A stretch of 62,331 nt of DNA from Acetomicrobium sp. UBA3949 (GTDB lineage: Bacteria > Synergistota > Synergistia > Synergistales > Acetomicrobiaceae): contig DGDP01000096.1 in NCBI GenBank assembly GCA_002385485.1, positions 569 through 62,899 of the forward strand, read 5' to 3'. The position numbers and the translations under genes are program-made. The notes under the pieces are model-generated. The model did not search any database, had not been told where the DNA came from, and worked only from the letters and a program-made list of their open reading frames with translations. This document shows positions 9,862-20,295 of the stretch, in pieces. Every line of letters begins with the position of its first letter. Positions within the stretch are counted from its first letter, which is position 1.

Positions 9862-11661
9862 TTAGTCTCTCCAAATTCTTATCTTTGGGAATCCGATTTT
9901 AGAACGCGAGATATGGAAGTATGGTTCCAACAGCTCTCTAAGAACTCTTACATCTTTCACTTTGACCCATATTATGCCTTTATCAGCTATTGGCTTATAC
10001 ACGGCAAATCCGGATTTGTCAAGTAACAGAAAGATCTCTTCGATTACTTTTACCGGAGCAGATATTTCGATCAACAGGGTGAAGGGGGGAAAATTAAGCT
10101 CGTACCTCTCTTTGAGTTCATCCTCCCAAAAAAAGTTCCACCCATCTTTCAGTCCCCTTTGCCAACCATGATATGGCCTTCTGGACTGAATTATAACTTC
10201 TCTGCTTTTGGGATTAATACCTCTGAAGCGTGATTCCCACATCATGCTGAATGCCATAAATCGAGCGTTATAATTTGGCCGCCACGTTTCGGCATCGGCA
10301 TCGATCCATCCTATTAAACCTACATTGCAATCATCGCAAAGAGAAAGAGCCAACCTAGAGCCAACAACAAGACCGCCTTTTCCTATTTCTTGCAACATTG
10401 CAGTTTTACGTTTTTTTCCGCTTTTCTCCTTGTACCACATGTAAACCGATGTTACGTCCCCAGCCAAAGCTTGAGCTATTCCATGAAGCGCCTCCAGACC
10501 CGGACGTTTACCTGTCAAAAGCCTAGACATGCAGGATGGACATATCGTAGGCATTTCATATCTTTTTCCGCAAAAGGGACATATCACAATATTTTCGCTG
10601 ACTCTGCAAATACTGCCGCAATAGCTACACACAAAGGTCCAACCGCACTCCTCGCAGGATATCTCTCCGGCATAGCCTTTGCGGTCCAAAATCCACATCG
10701 CAACTTCTCCGCGGTTTACGACTTCTAAGGATGATTTTAAAAGAGACGAGCTAATGGGAAGTCCTTGAGAAATCCCCGGAAGAATAATTTTATTCGCAGT
10801 CTTTATATTTACGAAACGAATCTGTTCTTTAACGTTTTTGCTTAATTTTGGCTTTTTTAGTAAATACAATCGGGATGATGGCAGCCTGCCTCCCAAGATT
10901 AGCTTCGCCTTCCACATTTGAGCTCTTTTGGCTGCTACATGGCGTAAGGATATATTAGGATATCGGGCTAAATTGTAGGAAAAGCTGGCCTCTTCCTCCA
11001 CTACAACGAACTTAATTGGGGATAATGGAGCGAAGAGCAACCCCACTGACCCTACCAAGAAAGACACTTCTCCCCGCCTAGCCTTCAGCCACGCTTCAAA
11101 GGCTTTTTTGCCCCCGCTGGATGGCCATAACAGGCCTTGCTTTTTAATGTCTTCCGGAAGGTCATTCCAAAAAGTTCTGGCCACCGATTCCTCAGGAAAG
11201 AAGACGAGACCGCTTTTGCCTTCGCCGATTATTTCCCTGTAGCGTCCATATCTTTCATTATCGTATACCTCGTAAACGCAATGTTCGCTATCGCCGTCTT
11301 TCGGCGGGTTAAAAACAAGGGGAGGAATATTGTTCACTTTACTGCCCTCGATGATGGGAGTAGGGCACATTAATTTTAATATCTCACCTTGGCTGCATAG
11401 ATATTGTCGGGATGTCCACTCGCTTAAGCTCCACAGCTCTTGCCCCAAAAGAGGCACATCGTCCAATATCTCAATTACCTCTTTTACCTCGTAAACAATC
11501 TTATTTTCGATATTTTCTTTTATCGCTGAAAGAAATCCCAATCTCTTGCTGTCTCGCGGACCCATAGGGACCAGAACTCTGCTGCCAATTTTCGCGGGTG
11601 CCGATATTCTGTAAGTTAATGGATGCCACCAAACTCCAGGCACAAGGACATCGGCATACAT
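9862..11661 (-). CDS. priA: Primosomal protein N' (PriA)-like protein with degenerate helicase motifs
   Basis: N-terminal 3'BD-like LTYR...GSRVLVP, RKGYA plus 8-Cys zinc region, C-terminal FPPF; downstream of coaBC. Confidence 0.75.
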   Translation of the reverse strand: MYADVLVPGVWWHPLTYRISAPAKIGSRVLVPMGPRDSKRLGFLSAIKENIENKIVYEVKEVIEILDDVPLLGQELWSLSEWTSRQYLCSQGEILKLMCPTPIIEGSKVNNIPPLVFNPPKDGDSEHCVYEVYDNERYGRYREIIGEGKSGLVFFPEESVARTFWNDLPEDIKKQGLLWPSSGGKKAFEAWLKARRGEVSFLVGSVGLLFAPLSPIKFVVVEEEASFSYNLARYPNISLRHVAAKRAQMWKAKLILGGRLPSSRLYLLKKPKLSKNVKEQIRFVNIKTANKIILPGISQGLPISSSLLKSSLEVVNRGEVAMWILDRKGYAGEISCEECGWTFVCSYCGSICRVSENIVICPFCGKRYEMPTICPSCMSRLLTGKRPGLEALHGIAQALAGDVTSVYMWYKEKSGKKRKTAMLQEIGKGGLVVGSRLALSLCDDCNVGLIGWIDADAETWRPNYNARFMAFSMMWESRFRGINPKSREVIIQSRRPYHGWQRGLKDGWNFFWEDELKERYELNFPPFTLLIEISAPVKVIEEIFLLLDKSGFAVYKPIADKGIIWVKVKDVRVLRELLEPYFHISRSKIGFPKIRIWRD

Positions 11662-11663
11662 TT

Positions 11664-12878
11664 CTATGATAAAAACTCCGCCTCAACGATATCCCATAGG
11701 CCCCATGCAACCTCTTCCTTTGAACCTTCTAGCCTCGAGGTGCGTCCTGTCTTGCATATGACCGTTACGGAATTGGTATCCGATTCGAATCCGCTTCCCC
11801 TGGCCGTGATATCATTGGCGACTATCATGTCCATATTTTTTTTGTTGAGCTTTGAAAGGGCGTTTTCTACTACTTCCGTCGATTCGGCTGCAAATCCAAC
11901 CAGAATTTGCCCTTGTCTCTTTCTTTTTCCCACTTCCGCCGCAATATCGGGGTTTTCTTCTAAGATTACCTCGAGGCGGCCCCTGCCCTCTCGTTTAAGC
12001 TTTTGATCTAAAGTATGAGCAAATCTATAGTCACCTACAGCTGCCGCCTTTACTACTATATCCGCGCCATCACTCTCTTTTAATACGGCATCGTACATCT
12101 CCTGGGCAGTGGTAACGTCTATTGTTCTTACACCAAAAGGAGGCTCGATATATGTAGGGCCTTTTATCAACGTGACATCGGCACCCCTATACCATGCCGT
12201 CCTTGCTACAGCGTAACCCATCTTACCGGAGCTTGGATTGCTGATAAACCTGACGGGGTCCATGAACTCCCTGGTAGGCCCTGAGGTCACAATTATCTTT
12301 TTGCCAATTAAATCTCTCTTAGGGGACAATACCCTCCACAAAATCTCGAGTATGACTTCTTTTTTTGGGAGCCTCCCTTTGCCCTCATATCCACAAGCCA
12401 AGAACCCTTCTTCAGGCGGTATCACGATGTAGCCAAGTTCACCTGACATCTTAACATGACGCTGAGTTGCGGGATGTTCCCACATATGAATGTTCATGGC
12501 AGGAAAAATTACTACCGGTGCTCTCGTTGCAAGCATGGTAGCCCCTAAAAGGGTTTCTGCTTCTCCGAAGGCAGCCCTCCTGATTACATTAGCTGTTGCC
12601 GGCGCAATGACGAAGACTTCCGCCCAATCGGCCAAAGAAATGTGGGGTATTTCCCACCCACGTTGGTCGCTTAAGAAGTCCTCCTCCATCCAGGTTTTTT
12701 TGCCCGTCAATGTGGAGAGGGACAAGGGCGTCACGAAAGAAGACGCAGATCGAGTCATTATTACCTCGATATCGTTATTATACTTCTTTAACGTACTAAC
12801 AACATCGGGGATCTTGTATGCCGATATACCCCCCGAAATACCCAAGAGAACCTTCCTGTTGGTCTTCCATTTGAGCAT
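11664..12878 (-). CDS. coaBC: Phosphopantothenoylcysteine decarboxylase/ligase
   Basis: GISGGISAYK, APATAN, PAMN, DPVRFISNPSSGKMG and VGFAAE motifs. Confidence 0.96.
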   Translation of the reverse strand: MLKWKTNRKVLLGISGGISAYKIPDVVSTLKKYNNDIEVIMTRSASSFVTPLSLSTLTGKKTWMEEDFLSDQRGWEIPHISLADWAEVFVIAPATANVIRRAAFGEAETLLGATMLATRAPVVIFPAMNIHMWEHPATQRHVKMSGELGYIVIPPEEGFLACGYEGKGRLPKKEVILEILWRVLSPKRDLIGKKIIVTSGPTREFMDPVRFISNPSSGKMGYAVARTAWYRGADVTLIKGPTYIEPPFGVRTIDVTTAQEMYDAVLKESDGADIVVKAAAVGDYRFAHTLDQKLKREGRGRLEVILEENPDIAAEVGKRKRQGQILVGFAAESTEVVENALSKLNKKNMDMIVANDITARGSGFESDTNSVTVICKTGRTSRLEGSKEEVAWGLWDIVEAEFLS

Positions 12879-12890
12879 GATTTTCCCCTT

Positions 12891-13112
12891 TTAAATTATT
12901 TGGTTATTTTTTGTTTTTACGACAAACACGACCTTACCCTCTTTAATTTCTTCTATGGCCGTATTTATTGGCTTATCTCCATCTCCGCCAAAGAGACGCT
13001 TCGAAGCGTCCTCGCTAAGAGCTCTGGCCCTTTTTGCAATCAGCATAGTTAAAACATATTTATTCGGTATATTGTATTTTCTCATGATCTGATTTACATC
13101 GACATATATCAT
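12891..13112 (-). CDS. rpoZ: RNA polymerase omega subunit
   Basis: NKYVL..LIAKRARAL...KPINTAIEEI; between gmk and coaBC. Confidence 0.85.
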   Translation of the reverse strand: MIYVDVNQIMRKYNIPNKYVLTMLIAKRARALSEDASKRLFGGDGDKPINTAIEEIKEGKVVFVVKTKNNQII

Positions 13113-13723
13113 TTCTTACAGCCTCCCTTCCTGTAGTTCATTATTAACCTGACAAGCTCTTCTGCAGCACGATTTACATCATCATTTATTATCGCATGGT
13201 CGTACACGCCTGCCAACTTCATCTCCCTCGCTGCGTTATTTAACCTGGTGCGCAGTGATTCCTCGTTCTCTGTGCCACGGGATATAAGCCTTTCCCTTAA
13301 AACCTCCTCTGACGGGGGCAGTATAAATATCAATACTGCTTCGGGGAATACCTTTTTCACATTTAGAGCTCCCTGGACATCTATCTCGAGGATGACATCT
13401 TTTCCCTCTTCCAGGTTCTTCAAAACCTCTTTTTTAGGAGTTCCGTAGTAATTTCCGTGGACAAGGGCCCATTCCAAAAAATCTCCCGACTTTTTTCTCT
13501 TTTCAAATTCCTCGTCCTCGACGAAATAATAATCTACGCCGTCTTGCTCCCCCTCCCTTGGTTGACGCGTCGTGCACGATATGGAATAGACCAAATCAGA
13601 GAGCCTTTTAAAAAGCTCCCTTCGTATGGTACCTTTTCCTGCCCCGCTGGGCCCGGAAATTACGAAGAGATACCCTTTTTCCCTTTTGTCATTTACATTG
13701 CTATAGTTCGTCATTTTGTGCAA
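13109..13723 (-). CDS. gmk: Guanylate kinase
   Basis: [19 protein letters not shown] and YYGTP motifs. Confidence 0.96.
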   Translation of the reverse strand: MHKMTNYSNVNDKREKGYLFVISGPSGAGKGTIRRELFKRLSDLVYSISCTTRQPREGEQDGVDYYFVEDEEFEKRKKSGDFLEWALVHGNYYGTPKKEVLKNLEEGKDVILEIDVQGALNVKKVFPEAVLIFILPPSEEVLRERLISRGTENEESLRTRLNNAAREMKLAGVYDHAIINDDVNRAAEELVRLIMNYRKGGCKK

Positions 13724-13958
13724 TTCCCTCGAAACGATGAGCTATTGTCTCGGGCTGTATGGCCGAGAGTATCACATGATTGCTGTCAGTTAATATGACT
13801 GCCCTTGTTTTCCGGCCTTGAGTGGCATCTATGAGCTGTCCCCGTTCCCTTGCCTCGTCTTTGAGCCTTTTAACGGGCGAGGAATCGGGATGAATTATTG
13901 CGATTATCCTGTTAGCTACGACTACGTTTCCAAATCCTATGTGAACTAATTTATACAT
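13701..13958 (-). CDS. remA: RemA/DUF370 family regulator
   Basis: LVHIGFGN...[13 protein letters not shown] motif; start placed at the internal ATG. Confidence 0.88.
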   Translation of the reverse strand: MYKLVHIGFGNVVVANRIIAIIHPDSSPVKRLKDEARERGQLIDATQGRKTRAVILTDSNHVILSAIQPETIAHRFEGIAQNDEL

Positions 13959-13971
13959 GTAAGATCGACCC

Positions 13972-14871
13972 TCATTCAACGTTTTGGATTTGCTCTCTCA
14001 TTTGCTCTAACAAGCACTTGCTTTCAACGACATGCCAGCGAATTCTGGCGTTTTTCACTTTAGAAGCTATTGTATTGATCTCCCTCAACATCTCCTGCAA
14101 CAAAAAGTTAAGTTTTTTGCCCTCCGAAACATTCGATTTAAGCGCTTCGCGAAACTTTTCAATGTGAGAATTGCTTCTCGCGATTTCTTCTTTTATGTCC
14201 CACTTATCTGCTAAGTGTGCTACGGCTTCAAAATGAGATGGGTCGTCCTCTAAGGCAATGTTTGAAACTAATAAATTTATTTTACTCTTTAGTTCCGTAA
14301 GCTCCTCTTCGAATGCAACGTCCCACTCACCAGCTATCTCATTTACCAGCTTTTCATATTTATCAAGAGATTCATTTACAAAAGAGGATATGTGTTCACC
14401 CTCGCTCTTTCTCATTTCGTTCCAATCAGACAAAGCTTTATCCAGCAAGGCTATCGCGTCCTTATTTATTTGTTCATAAAGATCCAACATTCTTCCTTCG
14501 GGTTGTTCTAGGACGCCGGGCAAATCGAGGAGGAGTTCGAGCTGTATTTCTTCCAAGAGCTTTAACTTACCGTGGATTGACATTAATTCCTCGAAATAAT
14601 TCCGGAGAACCTTGCCGTTAATGCTTGCCATTTTCAGTTCTGGGGCAAAGGTTGAATATAGGGTAACGGTAATCTTCCCCCTTACAAAACGATTTTTAAG
14701 TTCCTCTCTTAAAGAGTTCTCCAACATGGAAAGCTCCTTTGGGCAACGAACAATTATATCTTTGTACCTGGAGTTGACGCTATAAACGTCTATACGCAAT
14801 GTACCCCAATCGAAGGTATCATAGGCACTGCCCACCCCTGTCATGCTTATCAGCAAAGAGGCTCCCTCCAT
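13972..14871 (-). CDS. YicC/YloC family endoribonuclease
   Basis: SMTG, SVNSRY and [21 protein letters not shown]...REQIQNVE motifs; real start probably the TTG at 14856. Confidence 0.9.
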   Translation of the reverse strand: MEGASLLISMTGVGSAYDTFDWGTLRIDVYSVNSRYKDIIVRCPKELSMLENSLREELKNRFVRGKITVTLYSTFAPELKMASINGKVLRNYFEELMSIHGKLKLLEEIQLELLLDLPGVLEQPEGRMLDLYEQINKDAIALLDKALSDWNEMRKSEGEHISSFVNESLDKYEKLVNEIAGEWDVAFEEELTELKSKINLLVSNIALEDDPSHFEAVAHLADKWDIKEEIARSNSHIEKFREALKSNVSEGKKLNFLLQEMLREINTIASKVKNARIRWHVVESKCLLEQMREQIQNVE

Positions 14872-14903
14872 TCAATGTGCATTGTCATTATATAAGCATT
14901 TAA

Positions 14904-16049
14904 TTATGCTAACTTATAAGTATCTGTAAACAACTTTACATTGGAATCAATATGAGACAAAGAAGATTCTATTCTTTTTAAAAGCGTCGATATGTTTATA
15001 TTTTTGAGCGCACTTACAGGCACTGCCTCAAATCCCGAAGGCAAGGACAACCGCTCAAGTAATGATTGTAACTGATCTTTTTCTATCATATCAATCTTAT
15101 TCACTACGATGATCCTCGGTATGGAGGCTGCCCCTATTTGTTTTAAGGTCTCCTCTACGACGGTTAAGGATTCCAATGGATCTTTGTCAAGGGGATCTAT
15201 GACGACCAATAGTAAGTTTGCTTCATTTACTTCTTCTAGTGTCGCTCGAAAGGCGGCAACCAACTCTACCGGCAGTTTGCGAATGAAGCCGACAGTATCG
15301 GCAAAAAGGACATGCTTGCCGCCGGGAAGTTTTACTCTCCTTACCTTGGGATCTAAAGTAGCAAAAAGCTTATCTGCGCAGTATATTTCATCGTCGTGAC
15401 TCAATGCTCTAAGAAGGGTGGATTTGCCGCTGTTCGTATAACCTACAATGGCAACTGTAGAAATATTGCTCCTTTTTCGCCGCTTTCTGGAGTTGCACCG
15501 TCTTTTGCGCACCTGTTCGAGCTTGCGCTGAAGCGATACGACTTTCCGTTCCAGCTTACGACGATGTCTTTCGAACTCTGTTTCACCTGGGCCTCTTGTG
15601 CCAATACCTCCCCCTGTTTGAGACATTTGTTTACCCAGACCTTTTAATAGTGGAATTTCATATTTACACATAGCCAGTTCCACTTGAAGTTTGGCCTCAG
15701 CGGAATGCGCTCTTGATTCAAATATTTTCATAATGACAAAGGGCCTGTCCCACACTTCAACGCCCAAGAGAGAGCGCAAGTTGTGCAATTGCGTGGACAA
15801 TAAAGAGTCGTTGCACACAACGATATTAACCCCGAGAAGGTTTATCAACTCCCTTGCTTCTAAAACCTTCCCCTTTCCCAAAAAAGTTGCAGGATCGGGA
15901 GATATCCGCTTTTGATCGATCCTACCCACGACTTTTATGTTTAAATTGGCAAGAAGCAGTGCCAGTTCATCGGCAAGTATATCGGGGTCTTCGTCGCTTC
16001 TTTGTCTATCTAAGCAAAGAAGCAGGGCCTTATTATATCTATTTTCCAA
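14904..16049 (-). CDS. hflX: GTPase HflX
   Basis: GGGIGTRGPGE, GYTNSGKST, LFATLD and DTVGFI motifs. Confidence 0.96.
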   Translation of the reverse strand: MENRYNKALLLCLDRQRSDEDPDILADELALLLANLNIKVVGRIDQKRISPDPATFLGKGKVLEARELINLLGVNIVVCNDSLLSTQLHNLRSLLGVEVWDRPFVIMKIFESRAHSAEAKLQVELAMCKYEIPLLKGLGKQMSQTGGGIGTRGPGETEFERHRRKLERKVVSLQRKLEQVRKRRCNSRKRRKRSNISTVAIVGYTNSGKSTLLRALSHDDEIYCADKLFATLDPKVRRVKLPGGKHVLFADTVGFIRKLPVELVAAFRATLEEVNEANLLLVVIDPLDKDPLESLTVVEETLKQIGAASIPRIIVVNKIDMIEKDQLQSLLERLSLPSGFEAVPVSALKNINISTLLKRIESSLSHIDSNVKLFTDTYKLA

Positions 16050-16683
16050 GTTCGTACATCATCTCCTCCATCTGTTTTTCCAACTGTACGAGCAAATGGA
16101 ATCGTTTCTGCTTGTCCTTCATATCCGTTGGCAAATCCAAGGGGTCGATTAGCTTTCCAAACAGGACCTCTATCTTCTTTGGTTTTGGGAAGGAGGTACC
16201 TCGAGGCATTGCCTCGAATGATCCTTTAACGTATACTGGTAAAATAGGAGCATTTGAGTGTAAGGCCAACATGGCCGCTCCACCCTCAAGGGGTTGAAGC
16301 TTTCCGTCGAATGACCTGCTTCCTTCGGGAAATATCAATACATCTTCTCCGCTGAGCAAAATGTCTAGCATGGTCCTCAATACGACCCCGGCTTTAAGCT
16401 CATCTTGCCTTGAAACGGGAATTGCTCCCAGATGCCTTATGATAAAGCTTAAGAAAGGCACTTTAAACAGCTCTTCCTTTGCCAGGTAACTCAACTTCCT
16501 TGGATAGGCCACACCCACGATTACCGGATCCAAATTGCTATTGTGATTCGAAGCTACGATAACAGCCCTCCCCTCGGGGAGAAGGGGCGCGTTATTGATG
16601 CTGAGTCTATTGTATAAAGCCAAAAACACTCTACACAGACATTTAGAGAAGGCATAAAAAAGGGGGCTGCGTTTAACAGTCAC
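16039..16683 (-). CDS. plsC: 1-acyl-sn-glycerol-3-phosphate acyltransferase
   Basis: NHxSxxD and FPEGSR motifs. Confidence 0.88.
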   Translation of the reverse strand: MTVKRSPLFYAFSKCLCRVFLALYNRLSINNAPLLPEGRAVIVASNHNSNLDPVIVGVAYPRKLSYLAKEELFKVPFLSFIIRHLGAIPVSRQDELKAGVVLRTMLDILLSGEDVLIFPEGSRSFDGKLQPLEGGAAMLALHSNAPILPVYVKGSFEAMPRGTSFPKPKKIEVLFGKLIDPLDLPTDMKDKQKRFHLLVQLEKQMEEMMYELGK

Positions 16684-17365
16684 ACTCTTTCACCTTTAAA
16701 ACGCACTCTTTTATCAGTTTTTTAACAGCTTCTACGACCTCTTCCAGTGTCAAGTCGCTTGTATCCAATATTATCGCGTCCTCTGCTGGCAACAGAGGGG
16801 ATAACTTCCTTTTGCTGTCCAACTCGTCCCTTTGAATAATTTGATAATATACATCATCGTAGGATATTTCTACCCCTCGTTCTGCCAGTTCTTTCCATCG
16901 CCTTGCCGCTCGCGTCCTTGCATTGGCCTTCAGGAAGATCTTTAGATCAGCATTGGGGAAGACAACCGTTCCCATATCTCTTCCTTCAGCTATCAAATTC
17001 TGTCTATCCCCTAGCTCCCTTTGAATAGAAAGAAGCCGGCGCCTGACTACCGGCAAGGAAGAATAAAAAGAGACAATTTCATCCACTTTAGGAGAGCGTA
17101 TTTCCCCTGTAACGTCTGCACCGTTCACGAAAATACGCTGTTGATCGTCAATTTGAATTGTCAGTTTCTCGAGCTCCACTTCAATTTTTGCAACATCATT
17201 CGAAGAGATACACTTTTGAGATAAATAAAAAGACACAGCTCTGTATATTGCCCCGGAATCAAGATAGGCGAACCCCAATTCTTCGGCAACCCTTCGAGCG
17301 ACGCTGCTTTTTCCTGAACCCGCAGGACCATCTATGGTTATTATTATCGTTTTACCGCTCTTCAT
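16673..17365 (-). CDS. cmk: Cytidylate kinase
   Basis: IDGPAGSGKS, DSGAIYR and EGRDMGTVVFP motifs. Confidence 0.96.
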   Translation of the reverse strand: MKSGKTIIITIDGPAGSGKSSVARRVAEELGFAYLDSGAIYRAVSFYLSQKCISSNDVAKIEVELEKLTIQIDDQQRIFVNGADVTGEIRSPKVDEIVSFYSSLPVVRRRLLSIQRELGDRQNLIAEGRDMGTVVFPNADLKIFLKANARTRAARRWKELAERGVEISYDDVYYQIIQRDELDSKRKLSPLLPAEDAIILDTSDLTLEEVVEAVKKLIKECVLKVKECDC

Positions 17366-18252
17366 ATGATCTCCTCTGATCTTATTTCTTCGTCCAATTG
17401 GTATAGTATGTTAACTGCCTCAGACATCAGAAGCTCAATTTCGTCCTTTAATTGCAGCCTTTCTAACGATTTTTCCGACATATAATGCTGGAGACCGTCC
17501 GCACCCAGTCCAAATCCCAACATAAGACATATAGAATTGGAGGTATGTACGACATCGACAACAGGCCTATAGGAGGCCTTCTCGTCCGGCAAATCATCTG
17601 GTGTATGGTGATATCGAGCGGCCAAAGCGTATACTTCCGGCAAAGCCCATTGATCTATTATTATTTCGCCTATTTCGGCGTGATCGAATCCTAAAACTTC
17701 CCTCTCTGCTTGAGTAAAGGGGACGGCCTCTTCTTCTACCATCTTGCTTATTATCGAATATCCGTATCTGACATATTCGTTGAGAACTATTTTCCCTATG
17801 TCGTGCAACAATCCGGCAAGGTACAATTCCTCCAGATCCAATCCGCCTACCTTCTCACCAATATAGCGGGAAAGGTATGCCACACCCAACGAATGACGCC
17901 ACAACTCTCCTTTATCGAGGGCATATCCCTTTTGCGATCCCGACATATAGGGATAAATACTTGCTGCCAAAACTATGCTTCTAAGGGTTTTATATCCCAA
18001 TATGGCAACAGCTTCGGTTACACTGGTAATTGTCCTTGGAATCCCGTAATAGGCAGAATTGGCCAGACGTAAGACACGAACGACCAACCCCTGATCCTTT
18101 GAGAGAGTGTTGGCCACGTCGGAAGCACTGCTTCTTTCGTCATCTAACTTCTTGAGTGTTAAAAGCACAAACTGAGGCAGGGATGGAATATCTTTTACCT
18201 TTTTGAGTATGCGTTTTTTTACTATTTCCCTCGGACTTCCATCTGTTGGCAT
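17362..18252 (-). CDS. HDOD domain protein
   Basis: PSLP, VLRLANSAYYG, LWRHS and GLLHDIGK motifs. Confidence 0.88.
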   Translation of the reverse strand: MPTDGSPREIVKKRILKKVKDIPSLPQFVLLTLKKLDDERSSASDVANTLSKDQGLVVRVLRLANSAYYGIPRTITSVTEAVAILGYKTLRSIVLAASIYPYMSGSQKGYALDKGELWRHSLGVAYLSRYIGEKVGGLDLEELYLAGLLHDIGKIVLNEYVRYGYSIISKMVEEEAVPFTQAEREVLGFDHAEIGEIIIDQWALPEVYALAARYHHTPDDLPDEKASYRPVVDVVHTSNSICLMLGFGLGADGLQHYMSEKSLERLQLKDEIELLMSEAVNILYQLDEEIRSEEII

Positions 18253-18283
18253 ATCCTGTCCCCCATATCTTAACTGGATTGAT

Positions 18284-19033
18284 TTAAACTACGCCCCCAT
18301 TGCAAATCATTTTTAATAATTTATCTTTACTGAACTTCAAAAAACAACCTTCATCTAATGTTTTAAGTTCCAGGCGGCCTATCTTTATCCTGACCAATTC
18401 GACGACCTTATATCCGAGACATTCGGCCATTCTCCTAATTTCACGCTTCTTGCCTTCGTAAATCTCTATTACGCACCATTTATCCGAGAGTATTTTAACA
18501 TCTTTTGGTTTTATTAATCTATCGTCGAGATAAACTCCCTTACGCCATTTTTCCAAATCGCCTGAAGTCATAGGCTTATTAAGCATGACACGATATGTCT
18601 TGGTTATGCCGTTCCGAGGATGTATTATATCTTGGGCGAAATCACCGTCGTTCGTTAATATCAATAGTCCACTGCTGTTTTTATCCAACCTTCCAACAGG
18701 AAAAAGGCGGTGCCCTATCAAATCTTTGGGAAGAAGGTCAATCACCGTAGTATATCTTGAATCCACAACGGCACAAACGCAATTGCGAGGCTTATTCATA
18801 ACCAAATAGAGATTCTTTAAAGGAGCTACGATTTTCCCATCTACTTCCACATTATAACTTGTATTGACCATGATCCAGGGACCTGCAGCGATCTCGCCGT
18901 CCACTTTAACCCTTCCGCTTACGATTAGAGCCTCTGTCTTTCTCCTGGAACCCAAGCCACACATGGCAAGGTACTTATTTAACCTTATCAGTTTATCATA
19001 ATGTAAATTCGCATCAGCTGTAATTTCCTTCAT
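18284..19033 (-). CDS. rluB: RsuA/RluB-family rRNA pseudouridine synthase
   Basis: S4 domain RLNKYLA..GLGSRR and FPVGRLD motifs; follows scpB. Confidence 0.8.
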   Translation of the reverse strand: MKEITADANLHYDKLIRLNKYLAMCGLGSRRKTEALIVSGRVKVDGEIAAGPWIMVNTSYNVEVDGKIVAPLKNLYLVMNKPRNCVCAVVDSRYTTVIDLLPKDLIGHRLFPVGRLDKNSSGLLILTNDGDFAQDIIHPRNGITKTYRVMLNKPMTSGDLEKWRKGVYLDDRLIKPKDVKILSDKWCVIEIYEGKKREIRRMAECLGYKVVELVRIKIGRLELKTLDEGCFLKFSKDKLLKMICNGGVV

Positions 19034-19574
19034 TTTTCAATTCCTCTTCAGTGGGCAATTCGCTAAGGGAATTGATCCCAAAGGCCTCCAAAAATTCCTG
19101 AGTTGTTCTGTATAGCAAGGGAGATCCTGTCCCCTTTTTGCGGCCTGCCACTTTGATCAATCCCGTTGATAATAGGGTCTCCAGAACTTTATCGCTTCTC
19201 ACGCCCCTTATTTCTTCTATCTCGGTCCTGGTGATAGGTTGTTTATAAGCAATTATCGCAAGCGTCTCCATTGCGGCTTTGCTCAAACGAAGCTTATAAC
19301 CATAAGAGTTGTTATACTCCTCTATCACATCTTTCAGATCGCCGGCCGTTGCCATCTGCCATCCCCCGGCCACATTTATAAGGGTAAGACCGTGGTGAGA
19401 TTTGTAATGTTCTTTGATGTTGTTTAATCTTTCCTCGACAATTTTAACGTCGACTCCAAGTGCATTGGAAATGTCTGCAGATTTCACCGGTTCCGACGAT
19501 ACAAATAAAATAGCTTCCACTTTTCTTGCAAGCTCATCCATTGCATTCCTTGAGTCGGACATGTATATCTCCAA
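19014..19574 (-). CDS. scpB: SMC-Scp complex subunit ScpB
   Basis: VEAILF and LSKAAMETLAIIAYKQPITRTEIEEIRGV motifs. Confidence 0.93.
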   Translation of the reverse strand: MEIYMSDSRNAMDELARKVEAILFVSSEPVKSADISNALGVDVKIVEERLNNIKEHYKSHHGLTLINVAGGWQMATAGDLKDVIEEYNNSYGYKLRLSKAAMETLAIIAYKQPITRTEIEEIRGVRSDKVLETLLSTGLIKVAGRKKGTGSPLLYRTTQEFLEAFGINSLSELPTEEELKNEGNYS

Positions 19575-20262
19575 AATGCTGTCTTTGTTTTAAGTAAATA
19601 ATACCAATACGGGCAAGTTCTAGCAATGCTATGATAGTGCTTACAACAAAGCTTTTATCCCTTTCTCCTTTAAGCAACTCATTCAGCGTCAATTCCTTAT
19701 ATTCGAGCAAAGAGTTTTTGATGTCCTCCATCCTGGCCTCAATTGAATACCCTTGATTTTCTTCTATAGATATAGAGATGATGTCTTCCTCGGGCGAATT
19801 TATCCTAAAATTGAAGTTATTAATCAATCCCCACCAAAGAGAGGCCAAAAAATAAAGGTCACCGACTTCATAAAAAGGTCTCGTTTCTCCTAGCTGTCTC
19901 GTAAAATATTTGGAGCGCCGGTAATGTAAAACCTCTAAATAAATTGCCGCCAACTGGAAATGATGAAGTTTTTCGTTGGGTTCATCTTGATCATCCGATG
20001 TGGCATCCTCTTCCTCCTCGCATTCGAATACAGGGCGAGGAAAGATGGCGCGAACTTTGGACAAAACTAAAGCGGCTGCCTGTGCCAAAAAATCAGCTAC
20101 ATCGCTTAAAGAAAAGTTTTCCGAACGAAGCAAATATGCAGCGTAAATTTTTATGACCTCGCTTACACTGACGTTTGAAGCTTCAACTTCTCTACTTTCA
20201 AGTAAACGAATCAAGTTGTTTATAGTATCGCTAAAATTATTATAATCTACTCCGGCAGCCAC
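19534..20262 (-). CDS. scpA: Segregation/condensation protein ScpA (divergent)
   Basis: DFLAQAAALV and C-terminal IALLELAR.G.I...Q...FGDI; adjacent to scpB. Confidence 0.75.
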   Translation of the reverse strand: MAAGVDYNNFSDTINNLIRLLESREVEASNVSVSEVIKIYAAYLLRSENFSLSDVADFLAQAAALVLSKVRAIFPRPVFECEEEEDATSDDQDEPNEKLHHFQLAAIYLEVLHYRRSKYFTRQLGETRPFYEVGDLYFLASLWWGLINNFNFRINSPEEDIISISIEENQGYSIEARMEDIKNSLLEYKELTLNELLKGERDKSFVVSTIIALLELARIGIIYLKQRQHFGDIHVRLKECNG

Positions 20263-20295
20263 TTTGTCCTCCTTTTGTGGGGATCGCTTTATCTC

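Noticed and set aside
9322-10026. 234-aa plus-strand ORF, and similar antisense ORFs at 5532-6113, 32382-32882, 34877-35416 and 56084-56527
   Set aside because: Antisense shadows of well-conserved minus-strand genes with no recognisable domains.
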